A DNA stretch of 32,000 nt from NCBI RefSeq assembly GCF_000007185.1, contig NC_003551.1:930001-962000 (forward strand). The letters are read 5' to 3'. How positions within the stretch are numbered: the first letter of the stretch is position 1; each line of letters opens with the position of its first letter. The position numbers were made by a program, and so were the translations under genes. This DNA comes from Methanopyrus kandleri AV19. GTDB taxonomy: Archaea > JAADCQ01 > Methanopyri > Methanopyrales > Methanopyraceae. This document shows, piece after piece, positions 6,488-15,213 of the stretch. The notes beneath the pieces were generated by a model, which saw only the letters and a program-made list of their open reading frames with translations, did no database searches and was not told the origin of the DNA.

Positions 6488-8134
6488 ATGCGTTTGTCCT
6501 TCCGACTGCCCTCCCTCCGAGATTGCGTCTTAGGATGGATCCTCCTCCTAGGAATCTCCGCGCTATACTCGCCCCACTTGACGGTCTACGTGACGTTACC
6601 CGCGCTTGCTTCATTCGTCATCTTACTACTGGACCGTCTCGCTAAGCGGGACGTGCCCCCGAATCGGTGGCCTTTCGTCGGTTTAGTCTACGCGGTACCG
6701 TTAGTCCTGAGTGTCCCACTAGGGACCGTCGCAGTCGCCGTCACGAAAGGCGTAATGTCGACGTTCTTGACCTTGGCTCTGCTCGGAACGGTTCGCTCCG
6801 GGGTACTCCGGGCGGTTCCCGTGCTCGCGTACCTCGTGATAGACTCGCTGGCCCTGGCTACCTTGACCGGAGTTCCCCTCCCACCACTCCTTCTGGCATC
6901 ACTCACGGGAGGCGTCGTCGGGGCCGCCGTGGTGGCCGTTGTCGACACACTGACCTTGGCATCACTCGGCATCCGGACAACCGACGCCTTCGGAGAATTC
7001 CTGTCCTTCAAATCGGGCCGCGATCACTCCCTGCACTCCCTTTTCAGGGGAATGGAGACTCGAACGCGGGTTCGGGTTCCAGTCCGGGTATTCGCGTTCA
7101 TGACCAAGAACGGCGACGTGAAGGGTTGTTTCGTGATTCCTTGGATCCATCCTGGCCCGCTGGGTGACGTGGGAGGAGGGGACCTCCCCGGCAGGATCGT
7201 GCGACGGTTGCTGAAGGAGGGGATCGTACCCCTCGTTTTCCACTCCACGACAACGCACGATTTCAACCCGGTGGATCGGCGGGAAGCGGGTAAGATCGTG
7301 GAAGAGACCGTCAGATTGGTGCGCGAGGCTGCGGATCGAGAGGGTTGTAGTGTAGGTTCCGCTCCGGTCCGCGGGGAAGAGACGGACTCGGTCGGACAAA
7401 TATTGGGGGATAGACTCTTCCTAGTGCTGTCGAAGTACCCAGAGCCCAGCGACGACATAGACGCTGCCACCGGGATAGCCCTCGAACGCGAGACCGGTGG
7501 CTGGGTTGCGGACTGCCACAACTGCTTCGGAGACCCCGATCGTGGGAGGGTTTACGCGTTCTCCGAGGACTTCTGGCGGCTCATGCGGGACGCTCGTAGA
7601 ATCTCTGAGAGGGTGGAACCGACCCCCGGACTCAGGGCGGGATTCGATCACGCCGACCCAGGCCTCGACCCTGAAACGGGCTTGGGCAGCGGTGGGGTCT
7701 CCGTGGCAGCGGTGGAGGCTGATGGAACGCGCACACTATACGTCGTGTTCGACTCGAACAGCATCGTCCGCGAGCTCAAAGAAGAGGTAGAGCGGACGCT
7801 ACGGGACCTCGCCGAAGAGGTCGTGGTCTGCACGTCTGACTCTCACGAGGTTAATCCCAGGGGCTACAACCCGCTCGGGCAGATAATGGGACGAAACGAT
7901 AAGAGGAGGTTACTGAAGGCCGTCAGATGCGCGGCCGAGGGGGCGATCGAGGATCTCGAAGAGTGCGAGGTGGTCCCCGTGGAGGGATGGGTGAAGGTAG
8001 AAGTCACGGGTCCGGGGAGCTTCCAGCGACTCGTTCACTCCGTGGAGACGACCAGGACGGTGATCGGAGTACTCCTTCCGACGGCGTTCTTGGGGGTGGC
8101 CCTTCTTTCGCTCCTATTCGGAATCCGCACGTGA
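6488..8134 (+). CDS. Polytopic membrane protein with a large C-terminal soluble domain (architecture resembles archaeal DUF2070/COG3356, from memory)
   Basis: ORF 6332-8134. I start at ATG 6488 (MRLSFRLPSLRDCVLGWILLLGISALY) because the upstream 156 nt read as R/P-rich junk and overlap the divergent gene. It has about six N-terminal hydrophobic helices. The soluble part carries HPGPLGDVGGGDLP, FHSTTTHDFNP and CTSDSHEVN. A terminal hydrophobic helix follows. Confidence 0.7.
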   Translation: MRLSFRLPSLRDCVLGWILLLGISALYSPHLTVYVTLPALASFVILLLDRLAKRDVPPNRWPFVGLVYAVPLVLSVPLGTVAVAVTKGVMSTFLTLALLGTVRSGVLRAVPVLAYLVIDSLALATLTGVPLPPLLLASLTGGVVGAAVVAVVDTLTLASLGIRTTDAFGEFLSFKSGRDHSLHSLFRGMETRTRVRVPVRVFAFMTKNGDVKGCFVIPWIHPGPLGDVGGGDLPGRIVRRLLKEGIVPLVFHSTTTHDFNPVDRREAGKIVEETVRLVREAADREGCSVGSAPVRGEETDSVGQILGDRLFLVLSKYPEPSDDIDAATGIALERETGGWVADCHNCFGDPDRGRVYAFSEDFWRLMRDARRISERVEPTPGLRAGFDHADPGLDPETGLGSGGVSVAAVEADGTRTLYVVFDSNSIVRELKEEVERTLRDLAEEVVVCTSDSHEVNPRGYNPLGQIMGRNDKRRLLKAVRCAAEGAIEDLEECEVVPVEGWVKVEVTGPGSFQRLVHSVETTRTVIGVLLPTAFLGVALLSLLFGIRT

Positions 8135-9227
8135 TGGTACGAGGGTATACTGTACGGCCTTCGGCCTTGGATTCGGTCACGCTTCGAGGACTGTGGGGCT
8201 CGGTAGAGAGCTACGTCGGATCGGACTGGAGCCCGTGTTCAGCTCCTTCGGTGAAGGGCGCGAGATGCTCATGCGTGAGTTCCCGGACGCACCCGTGTAC
8301 GGACTCCCTAAGATAGAATTGTTCTCAGAGGACGGTTCGTTCGATCTGCTCCTACTTCTACGCCGTCACCCCGACTTACCGCTGAGGTTCTACGCGGGCG
8401 TAGAGGCCGATCGGCGCGTGATTCGGCGACACGGGTGCAAGGTCGTCGTTTCTGACTGTCAGTTCCACGCCCTCGTTGCCGCTCAGATCATAGGTGTACC
8501 GGCGATAGTAATCTCGAATATGCTCAGAGTACCCGGCGAAGGTTCCCTTGTGCGGCTGATCAACGGAATGCTTCGACGCATGTTCGAACTCGCCGACATC
8601 GTCCTCATACCCGACACCTACGACGACACCTACGACGTTCCGGAGATAGACACGGAGGTCGTATGGGTAGGACCTATCCTGAAGCGTCGACCCGACGAGT
8701 TGCCGCCCAGAGACGCGGTACGTCGGAAGTACGGGATTCCGGACGATGCGACAGTGGTTCTAGTCACGGCCGGGGGGTCCAAATACGGCCGTCGGATAGT
8801 TCGGATCGCGGTGGAAGGACTTAAGCTACTCTCCAAGTCGATCGACGTGTTCCCGGTGATCATCTCGGAAGAGCGTGTCGGCGACGGGCTCGGGCTGCAG
8901 TTACGGTACGTGGACAACCTCCTGGAACTTATCAAAGTCTCGAACGTGGTCATTACTCACGGGGGCCACACGACCCTCTCCGAGTGTGCCTGCTTACGGA
9001 CGCCCGTAGTTTCGGTACCTCTGCCCAATCATCCCGAACAGCACATGAACGCCGAGCGAGTTCTCCAACGGGGATTAGGGGTCGCCGTGCCTCCCGAAGA
9101 ACTCTCACCGAAGCGGATTGCGGAGGCCATAGAACAAGCCATCGACTGGAAGGTCCCGAAAATCAGGATGATGGATGGAAGGGGGGCCGAGCGCGCTGCG
9201 CGCATCGTCGCAGGAACGCTTGACTAG
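8134..9227 (+). CDS. GT-B glycosyltransferase, MurG/GT28-like; N-terminus disrupted by an apparent -1 frame change at 8143-8145
   Basis: ORF 8193-9227 (GTG start) carries the C-terminal donor-binding pattern VVITHGGHTTLSECACLRTPVVSVPL..HPEQHMNA. The same frame upstream reads RVYCTAFGLGFGHASRTV (the family's G-loop, G.G.GH..R) but has no start codon after the stop at 8061. ATG 8134 overlaps the upstream TGA (TGATG) but is in the +1-offset frame. Confidence 0.75.
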
Positions 9228-9801
9228 CAAGGAGTTGGGTCGCCAGCTTATCCACGCTACGTTCGGTCTCCTGTTCCTCCTCCCTCTTCACATGCTCGGA
9301 GTGTACGAGTTCGCCTTACTACTACTCTCAGGTCTCATCGCTGGTGTATCCGTATCTTTCGCGTTAAGGCGCGGCCTTCACGTTCCCATAGCGAAAGAAC
9401 TCGTAGACGCCTTCGAACGGCCCGACGAGATGCACATACCCGGTCAAGGAACGCTCCACTTTGTGACGGGTCTCCTCCTGGCGACCATCATCTGCCCCTA
9501 CACGAAGGTCCTCGACGTTACGATCATCGTCTTATCCGTCGGAGACAGTGCCTCCACGATCGCGGGTAAAGCCATCGGGCGTATCCCTATACCCTACAGC
9601 TCCAGGAAGACCGTGGAGGGCAGCCTCGTGGGCTTCACCGCCGCCGCCCTAGCCTCACTGGCTTGGACTGGGGATGTGGTGGTTTCGGCTCTAGCGGCGG
9701 GGGTCGGAATGCTCGTCGAAAGCTTGCCCACGCCAAACGACAACGTGACGATACCGGTGGCCGTCTCTGTGGCGCTAGGCTTCTGGTGGGGACTACTGTA
9801 G
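9175..9801 (+). CDS. CTP-dependent polyprenol (dolichol) kinase-like membrane protein (CdsA/SEC59 superfamily)
   Basis: Multi-TM protein with the C-terminal signature SVGDSASTIAGKAIGRIPIPYSSRKTVEGSLVGF. The start is uncertain: ATG 9175 overlaps the upstream gene by 53 nt, and TTG 9235 is the alternative. Confidence 0.7.
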   Translation: MEGGPSALRASSQERLTSKELGRQLIHATFGLLFLLPLHMLGVYEFALLLLSGLIAGVSVSFALRRGLHVPIAKELVDAFERPDEMHIPGQGTLHFVTGLLLATIICPYTKVLDVTIIVLSVGDSASTIAGKAIGRIPIPYSSRKTVEGSLVGFTAAALASLAWTGDVVVSALAAGVGMLVESLPTPNDNVTIPVAVSVALGFWWGLL

Positions 9802-9802
9802 A

Positions 9803-10735
9803 TTGCGCTGGAACCTGACGGTAGGGGTCACCGCCCTGGCCCTTATTCTCCTCGTCACCGCGCTGGCACCGTCCTACATTCCGGCCGCGTGCCTACTGCT
9901 GGAAGGTGGAAGCCGCCCTAAACTCGTAGCTTTCCTAGGGCTTCTCACGGCGTTTTCACTGGGGTCTGCAGTCGTAAGAAAGCGTCCCGATCCTCTCATC
10001 ACGAGCCTCCTCCTCTTAGTGCTTCCCTTCACCTCGAACCTGCTCCATTGCGTCGCCGCTAAGTCGATCGGTGTGCCGCCAGGCTCGGAGTTTTTCGTGT
10101 TCAACGGCCGAGTACTCGAAGGTGACTCGCCTCTCCATACCCACATAGGCAAAGCGGCACTTACCTGGGCGCTCGAACGTGTCTGCAGGATCTCCCTGTA
10201 CATCCACTGTGGCATGTCACTGGTGGAGACGTACCCTACCTACGTCCTCGCCGCTGAATTCGTGGTAGTATCTCTCTCGGTCCTGTTAGGTGTGTTCAAC
10301 ACCAGGGACCCTTTGTCTTGCCTAGCTTCCTCTCTGTTAGTCTTGAGTTCTATCGACGGTGGAGCGTTTTCTCTTCCGTACGTCCATGGTAGCTGGCTGT
10401 TGGCGTTGAGATACGTACGTGAACCCGAATTGATGATCATACTTCTATGGTTCGCAGCACTGTCCCCGTACTGCAAACTGGTCTTGGGAACGCTCCTAAC
10501 CCACGCATATTACGGGGAGCGGTGGGATTCGGTTCGCCTCCAGGTACTCGCGGGCCCGCTCGACGGGCCGTTGAAGTCGCTCGGAGGGGTCCGATGCGAC
10601 GGGTACTACGTACTCCCGGTGAGGAGTTGCGCGGAGTGGAAGGAGTTCCTCCGAAACCTCGAGGATTCACTTCGACGGTCGAAGGTCCGATGGGTCGCCT
10701 TCTGTACGTTTCCTAACATGGCTATGTACCTTTGA
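9803..10735 (+). CDS. Hypothetical polytopic membrane protein
   Basis: ORF with a TTG start 1 nt after the upstream stop. It has several hydrophobic helices and a Cys- and Tyr-containing soluble C-terminal tail. No motif recognised. Confidence 0.5.
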   Translation: MRWNLTVGVTALALILLVTALAPSYIPAACLLLEGGSRPKLVAFLGLLTAFSLGSAVVRKRPDPLITSLLLLVLPFTSNLLHCVAAKSIGVPPGSEFFVFNGRVLEGDSPLHTHIGKAALTWALERVCRISLYIHCGMSLVETYPTYVLAAEFVVVSLSVLLGVFNTRDPLSCLASSLLVLSSIDGGAFSLPYVHGSWLLALRYVREPELMIILLWFAALSPYCKLVLGTLLTHAYYGERWDSVRLQVLAGPLDGPLKSLGGVRCDGYYVLPVRSCAEWKEFLRNLEDSLRRSKVRWVAFCTFPNMAMYL

Positions 10736-11180
10736 CTAGTCTATCCCGTAGTATCTCTTCCAGAATCGACTGGGTGTTCAACCGTAGAGCTTTCCGTAGG
10801 GCCGACGAAGCCTCCTGAACGTAACTTTCGAGGAGTTTCTCGTACCTCTCCTCTAGGTCCTTCACCTTGCTCTCGAGCTCTTCGGTTTCAGAGCTTAACT
10901 TCGAGCGTGCCTCTTTCAACTCACTGCGTAGCTGTTCGATCTCGTCACGCAGTTCTCGGAGCTCTTTCCTGACGCCCTTCTCGCGGTCGAGCGTCTTCAG
11001 TACGAGTTCAACGTCGAAATCCGCCTGAACTAGTCTGGTGAGCACGCGGTCGTACTCAGCCTCTGAAAGCTCTTCCCTTAACCGCTCGGTCAGATCCTCG
11101 AGGAACCTCTCAAGGCGCCGTGCGATCTTCGGATCTAGGTCCCGAAGGACCTCGCCCAAAGGCGCTGTGTACGCCTTCAA
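10722..11180 (-). CDS. Hypothetical coiled-coil protein (152 aa)
   Basis: Heptad-like Glu/Leu/Arg/Lys-rich sequence (RKELRELRDEIEQLRSELKEARSKL...). The TTG start overlaps the upstream TGA (TTGA), which suggests translational coupling to the radical SAM gene. Confidence 0.55.
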   Translation of the reverse strand: MKAYTAPLGEVLRDLDPKIARRLERFLEDLTERLREELSEAEYDRVLTRLVQADFDVELVLKTLDREKGVRKELRELRDEIEQLRSELKEARSKLSSETEELESKVKDLEERYEKLLESYVQEASSALRKALRLNTQSILEEILRDRLVKGT

Positions 11181-12388
11181 CTCCCGTCCCCTTCGAGTTC
11201 GTCAATGCGGACCGGCAACGTAGCGTCGGGGGGAATCTTGCGGATGTACCTCCGCCTGACCTCCGGATCCTGCATCCTGCAGTGGGGTCTCCACTTGCCC
11301 CACTCCGGATGTGAAGTCATTCGCTTCCACGCCGCTTTTAGTCCATCCTCGCGGATATTTCCGAAGGAGATCGGGGTGAAGTCGCACGGTGTGACCTCGC
11401 CGTCGTTAGTCACGTGGCACTGCACGTACCCGGCGAAGCACCCGGCTCCGTGCTCGCTGTTCACGTAAGACATCGCGGAGACCCGTGGTCCACTACTCTT
11501 CTCGCGGTTCCACCTGAGATGGAGGTCAATGAGATCTTCTCGGTGCTCGTCCGATAGTATCACACTCTCCTCGTGAAGCAGCCGGCCGGTCGGTACGGCG
11601 TCGAAGATCGTAACCTCGTGCGCTCCCAGGTCGGCGGCGAGACGGACCACGTCCTCCACCTTGCCAGTCTCCACGGTTTCCGGTGTAGCATAAGTCGAAA
11701 CTCCGACTAGCAGTCCCGCATCGAGGGCGGCTTTGATGCCGCTTATGCACCGCTCGAAGAGTCCGGGGACGCCTCTCAGTTCGTCGTGCTCCTCGGGGTC
11801 CGGACTGTCGATACTGACGTGTATTGCGTACAATCCGGCTTCTTTCAGCTCCTTCACTCGGTCTTTCAGGGTGTACCCCGATGTGAACGCCGTGGCAATA
11901 GCTCGGTCGTCGTCCACGGCTTGAATGAGTTCGGGTAAATCCTCTCTGAAGAGCGGGTCTCCCCCGGTGAAAGTCACGTTGTATGTGCCGAGGTCGAGCG
12001 CTTCCCGAATCGCCCGATGCCAGTCCTCCGTCGAGAGTTCCGTCGGTCTCCGTCTGTCGGCGCTGCAGTGCACGCAGTTGCATGGACACCTCTGGGTTAC
12101 GGCCATGGTGACGGCTTCTGGAACGCGGCGGCCCAGGACCTCGGACTTCAACCTCGCCCGGAGGAGACGCGTGAACGCCCGGCTGGGGAACGGTGGTAAG
12201 TACAGTGAGAACACGATCCTGTCCTCGCGGACGGCCGCCGGCTTCTCCTCCTCTAGGTGTTCGAACAACCTCTTGAGTGGTCTCAGGAGTGAAGCGAGCT
12301 TACCTTCCATCTCGAAGCTAACACGGCCCTGTTTCACCCTGGCTTTGACCCGAATCCCCGGCTTCTCGAGCACCGTAATAGCGGTCAA
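11177..12388 (-). CDS. Radical SAM enzyme with SPASM/twitch-like C-terminal Cys-rich domain and about 95-aa N-terminal extension
   Basis: CX3CX2C motif in VTQRCPCNCVHC, followed by a GGDPL motif. The C-terminal part reads GAGCFAGYVQCHVTNDGEVTPCDF..FGNIRE..L...W....C, typical of the auxiliary-cluster domain. Confidence 0.8.
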   Translation of the reverse strand: MTAITVLEKPGIRVKARVKQGRVSFEMEGKLASLLRPLKRLFEHLEEEKPAAVREDRIVFSLYLPPFPSRAFTRLLRARLKSEVLGRRVPEAVTMAVTQRCPCNCVHCSADRRRPTELSTEDWHRAIREALDLGTYNVTFTGGDPLFREDLPELIQAVDDDRAIATAFTSGYTLKDRVKELKEAGLYAIHVSIDSPDPEEHDELRGVPGLFERCISGIKAALDAGLLVGVSTYATPETVETGKVEDVVRLAADLGAHEVTIFDAVPTGRLLHEESVILSDEHREDLIDLHLRWNREKSSGPRVSAMSYVNSEHGAGCFAGYVQCHVTNDGEVTPCDFTPISFGNIREDGLKAAWKRMTSHPEWGKWRPHCRMQDPEVRRRYIRKIPPDATLPVRIDELEGDGS

Positions 12389-12394
12389 AGGCTG

Positions 12395-13513
12395 TTACGT
12401 CCCCAACACGTGATAAGGTGCTCTTAAGTTGAGTACGAGGAGGATCAGTGCGACTATGGAGACCGTGGTTGAAAGACGGGAGGCTAAAGATGGGTCCAAC
12501 ACCTCCCGAAGCACCTCATGGACTATCCGTCCACCGTCTAATGGTTTGATGGGGAGCAAGTTAGCGACACCGATGCCCAGTGATAACATCCCCAACATGT
12601 TCAGGAACATCACGAGCGCCACCATCACCTCGGAGACGAGGTACCCCCCGAAGTTCGGTATGACGTAAACGCCAAGCACCGGCCGACCTCGGTGCTCGTG
12701 TACCTTCACCAACTTGGTCCCCGAATCCGTGGCCACCTGGACTACGTCGCCGGGCTTGTGGTTCGCCAGTGCCCGTCGGAGATCGACGATGGTTTTAACC
12801 GGTTGTCCGTCGACCTCCCTGATCACCTCTCCCGTATGCAGTGGTACGTCTTTGAACATTTTACCGTGGACCATTACACCCGACGTCACGTATCCCGGTA
12901 TCGCGCTTAAGCCGAGTACGGCCCCCATAGCGATGAACGACGTAAGCACGTTGAACGCCGGTCCGGCACTGAGAACCTCTATTCGCCGCCTCAGTGGGGC
13001 GCGTCGGAACTCTTCCTCTTCGAGTTCTACGAAGGCGCCCGGGAGGACGACCACCAGGAAGAACCCTATTCTCTTGATTCGGATCCCTGAGAGTCGTGCG
13101 GCTACCGCGTGGCCGAGCTCGTGGACCGTCAGGATGACCGCCAACGATGCCAGGCCCGAGATGAGCGGTAAGGTGATCCCCGGGAGGAGTACGGTGAACC
13201 CACCAGAACCTTCCGAGGCCCCCTTCACGAGCGTATATATTGCGAACGCTAAGCCCGCGAAACCCAGGATCGGGGACGCACGTACCGAAACTTTCAGGAC
13301 AGGGCCCAAGAGCGTATGCTCAAGCCAACGGTCCATGAAGCCGACGCTCCGAGTCGCACGGTAGAGGATACCGTAGCGGAACTTCATCCCCGCGGCCCGT
13401 CCCAGGGCCATCGCGGCCAGGATGATCGTGAGTGCGATCGCGACCGTTTCAGCTTCCAATGGAATCCCCCGGTGTGAGTGGACTTGAGGGAGGTAAGGTA
13501 CACGGAGGAGCAT
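12395..13513 (-). CDS. Site-2 protease (M50 family intramembrane metalloprotease) with PDZ domain
   Basis: HELGH (HExxH) in a TM helix. NLLPIKPLDGG (the second metal-ligand LDG motif). PDZ-like insert GEVIREVDGQPVKTIVDLRRAL..KPGDVV. The start is uncertain: ATG 13513 overlaps the divergent gene, and TTG 13459 is the alternative. Confidence 0.85.
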   Translation of the reverse strand: MLLRVPYLPQVHSHRGIPLEAETVAIALTIILAAMALGRAAGMKFRYGILYRATRSVGFMDRWLEHTLLGPVLKVSVRASPILGFAGLAFAIYTLVKGASEGSGGFTVLLPGITLPLISGLASLAVILTVHELGHAVAARLSGIRIKRIGFFLVVVLPGAFVELEEEEFRRAPLRRRIEVLSAGPAFNVLTSFIAMGAVLGLSAIPGYVTSGVMVHGKMFKDVPLHTGEVIREVDGQPVKTIVDLRRALANHKPGDVVQVATDSGTKLVKVHEHRGRPVLGVYVIPNFGGYLVSEVMVALVMFLNMLGMLSLGIGVANLLPIKPLDGGRIVHEVLREVLDPSLASRLSTTVSIVALILLVLNLRAPYHVLGT

Positions 13514-14167
13514 TGGGAGCTGCTACGCACGCTCAGGGATCGAGCCAGAAAGGTCGTGGAAACTCTATCACAGTTTGGGTTAGAGGGTTGGGTGCACGGA
13601 AGTGTCGCCCGAGGCGACGTGAGACCGGGTAGCGACGTGGACGTGTTCATACCGACTCCCGTCTCACCTCACGTAGTCGACGCGTTCATGGACGCGGCAC
13701 CGTTCGAGGTAGTTGGCGTTACCGCGGTACTACCCACACCTCGGGACTGCGTCCGTATCAAGGTCGCGATGGAGGAAGACGTTGAAGTGACGTTCCCCAT
13801 TACGCCGCCGACGGACCGTGAACTCGAGTTTTTCGACTTTTCGGGAAAGCTCACCCCCGACTCGCTGGAGCGGGACGAACGGGTTCCAGGCGTGGACAAG
13901 CGACTGAGGATGATCGAGCCCAAACCCTGGGGCCATGTGGAGTACTCGATCCTAGGCCGCGAGGGAGAGGTGGCTACGAAGCTCGGGGTGAGCACACAGC
14001 TGATTCACGAGAGGGTTCGCGCCTTGACGCGCAGGGATAAAGTAGGGGTACAGGGTGTGCACGCGAAGGTCGAAGGTCGGCCGGGAGAGCCGGTCATCGA
14101 ACTCCTTCGGGAGCTCGGAAGGCGTAACCCGAAGGCGGCCGAGAAGCTGTCCGAGCTCGGGGTGTAA
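13478..14167 (+). CDS. Pol-beta-superfamily nucleotidyltransferase (MNT-like) with C-terminal HTH-like extension
   Basis: GSVARGDVRPGSDVDVFI is the G[SG]-x9-13-DxD nucleotidyltransferase motif. The C-terminal segment GEVATKLGVSTQLIHERVRAL looks like a helix-turn-helix. GTG start. Confidence 0.65.
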   Translation: MDLREVRYTEEHWELLRTLRDRARKVVETLSQFGLEGWVHGSVARGDVRPGSDVDVFIPTPVSPHVVDAFMDAAPFEVVGVTAVLPTPRDCVRIKVAMEEDVEVTFPITPPTDRELEFFDFSGKLTPDSLERDERVPGVDKRLRMIEPKPWGHVEYSILGREGEVATKLGVSTQLIHERVRALTRRDKVGVQGVHAKVEGRPGEPVIELLRELGRRNPKAAEKLSELGV

Positions 14168-14170
14168 GCC

Positions 14171-14794
14171 TTGACGAAGCCCGTCGAGCCGGACGATCCC
14201 AGGATACGACTGCTTCTGGCGTACGTGAACCGAGTGAAGGACCGAGCCGCTTCCGGCGGTTACAGCGGTGTCAATCGACGACAGCTCACGGAGGTTCTGC
14301 AGTCCATAGAGTCGACGCTCCAGGAGCTCAGGTACTCGTATTTGCCGCCGGAAAACGTCTCGGAAAGACTGAAGGACTTACTGCCAGACCTGGAGGACGT
14401 CGTCGATCCGGAGGAACCCGAGCTCAGGTGGCTCGTTGAGTACTTGGAACACGCCGACGAAGTCTTCGAGCGCGAGATAGGGGACGAGGCCGACGCCGTA
14501 CTGTGCGTGGTCGGCGAAGTCGGAAGCGTCCGAGAGCATCCGAACGCGGACAACCTCTACATCACGGTGGTAAACACGGGCCGGTTCGGCAAGCGTACCG
14601 TCGTTACGAACCTCACCGACGTGGAGGAGGGCGACTCGATGGCCGTCGCTCTACTCCCGCCTAGGGAGTTCTCCGGAGTCGTCAGTGAGGGGATGTTCTG
14701 CGGGGAAGCCGACGGAGAGCCGGGGGAAATCATAGAACCACCCGAGCGCGGTGAGGTACGGAGTATCGTACTGGAATGGATAGAAGGGGTGTAA
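14171..14794 (+). CDS. Protein with C-terminal tRNA-binding (Trbp111/EMAP/PheT-B2-like OB) domain and unknown 110-aa N-terminal domain
   Basis: VVGEVGSVREHPNADNLYITVVNTG...VVTNLTDVEEGDSMAVALLP....GVVSEGMFC matches the HPNAD..L / SEGM signature of the tRNA-binding OB fold. TTG start 3 nt after the upstream stop. Confidence 0.7.
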   Translation: MTKPVEPDDPRIRLLLAYVNRVKDRAASGGYSGVNRRQLTEVLQSIESTLQELRYSYLPPENVSERLKDLLPDLEDVVDPEEPELRWLVEYLEHADEVFEREIGDEADAVLCVVGEVGSVREHPNADNLYITVVNTGRFGKRTVVTNLTDVEEGDSMAVALLPPREFSGVVSEGMFCGEADGEPGEIIEPPERGEVRSIVLEWIEGV

Positions 14795-14799
14795 GGACT

Positions 14800-15213
14800 A
14801 TGGTTAGCGCTGACGATCTCACGTACCGCGAGAAGCTGGTACTACTGGCGCTATACGAGGAGTTCGACGGCGGTCCCGCCGGAGTGAAGAAGCTGGCGCC
14901 GGTCGTACACATGGACAAGACGAAGGTCTCGAGGGCCCTGAACGCGCTCGAAGAGAAGGGACTCGTGGAGTTCGAGCACATGGAGGGACGTCGCCTCACC
15001 GACGAGGGCGAGAAGATCGCCGAGGAGATCGCGGAGGAGATGGAACTACCGGAGGACGAAGGTCCTTACCAGTGCTCCGACTGCGGCAGGAAATACAAGC
15101 ACCTACGACTCAAGTGCGCAGTATGTGGCGGCGAGATCGAAGTGAACAAGGACCATCCGGACGCGGCTAAAGCCGAGTGGAACCTGGAGCGTGCGAGGAT
15201 GGGCTACCTGTAG
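14800..15213 (+). CDS. Winged-helix (MarR-like) DNA-binding protein with C-terminal zinc ribbon
   Basis: ORF 14776-15213. I start at ATG 14800, after the upstream stop. LTYREKLVLLALYE...VKKLAPVVHMDKTKVSRALNALEEKGLVE is wHTH-like. CSDCG...CAVCGG forms a CxxC-x13-CxxC ribbon. Confidence 0.6.
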   Translation: MVSADDLTYREKLVLLALYEEFDGGPAGVKKLAPVVHMDKTKVSRALNALEEKGLVEFEHMEGRRLTDEGEKIAEEIAEEMELPEDEGPYQCSDCGRKYKHLRLKCAVCGGEIEVNKDHPDAAKAEWNLERARMGYL

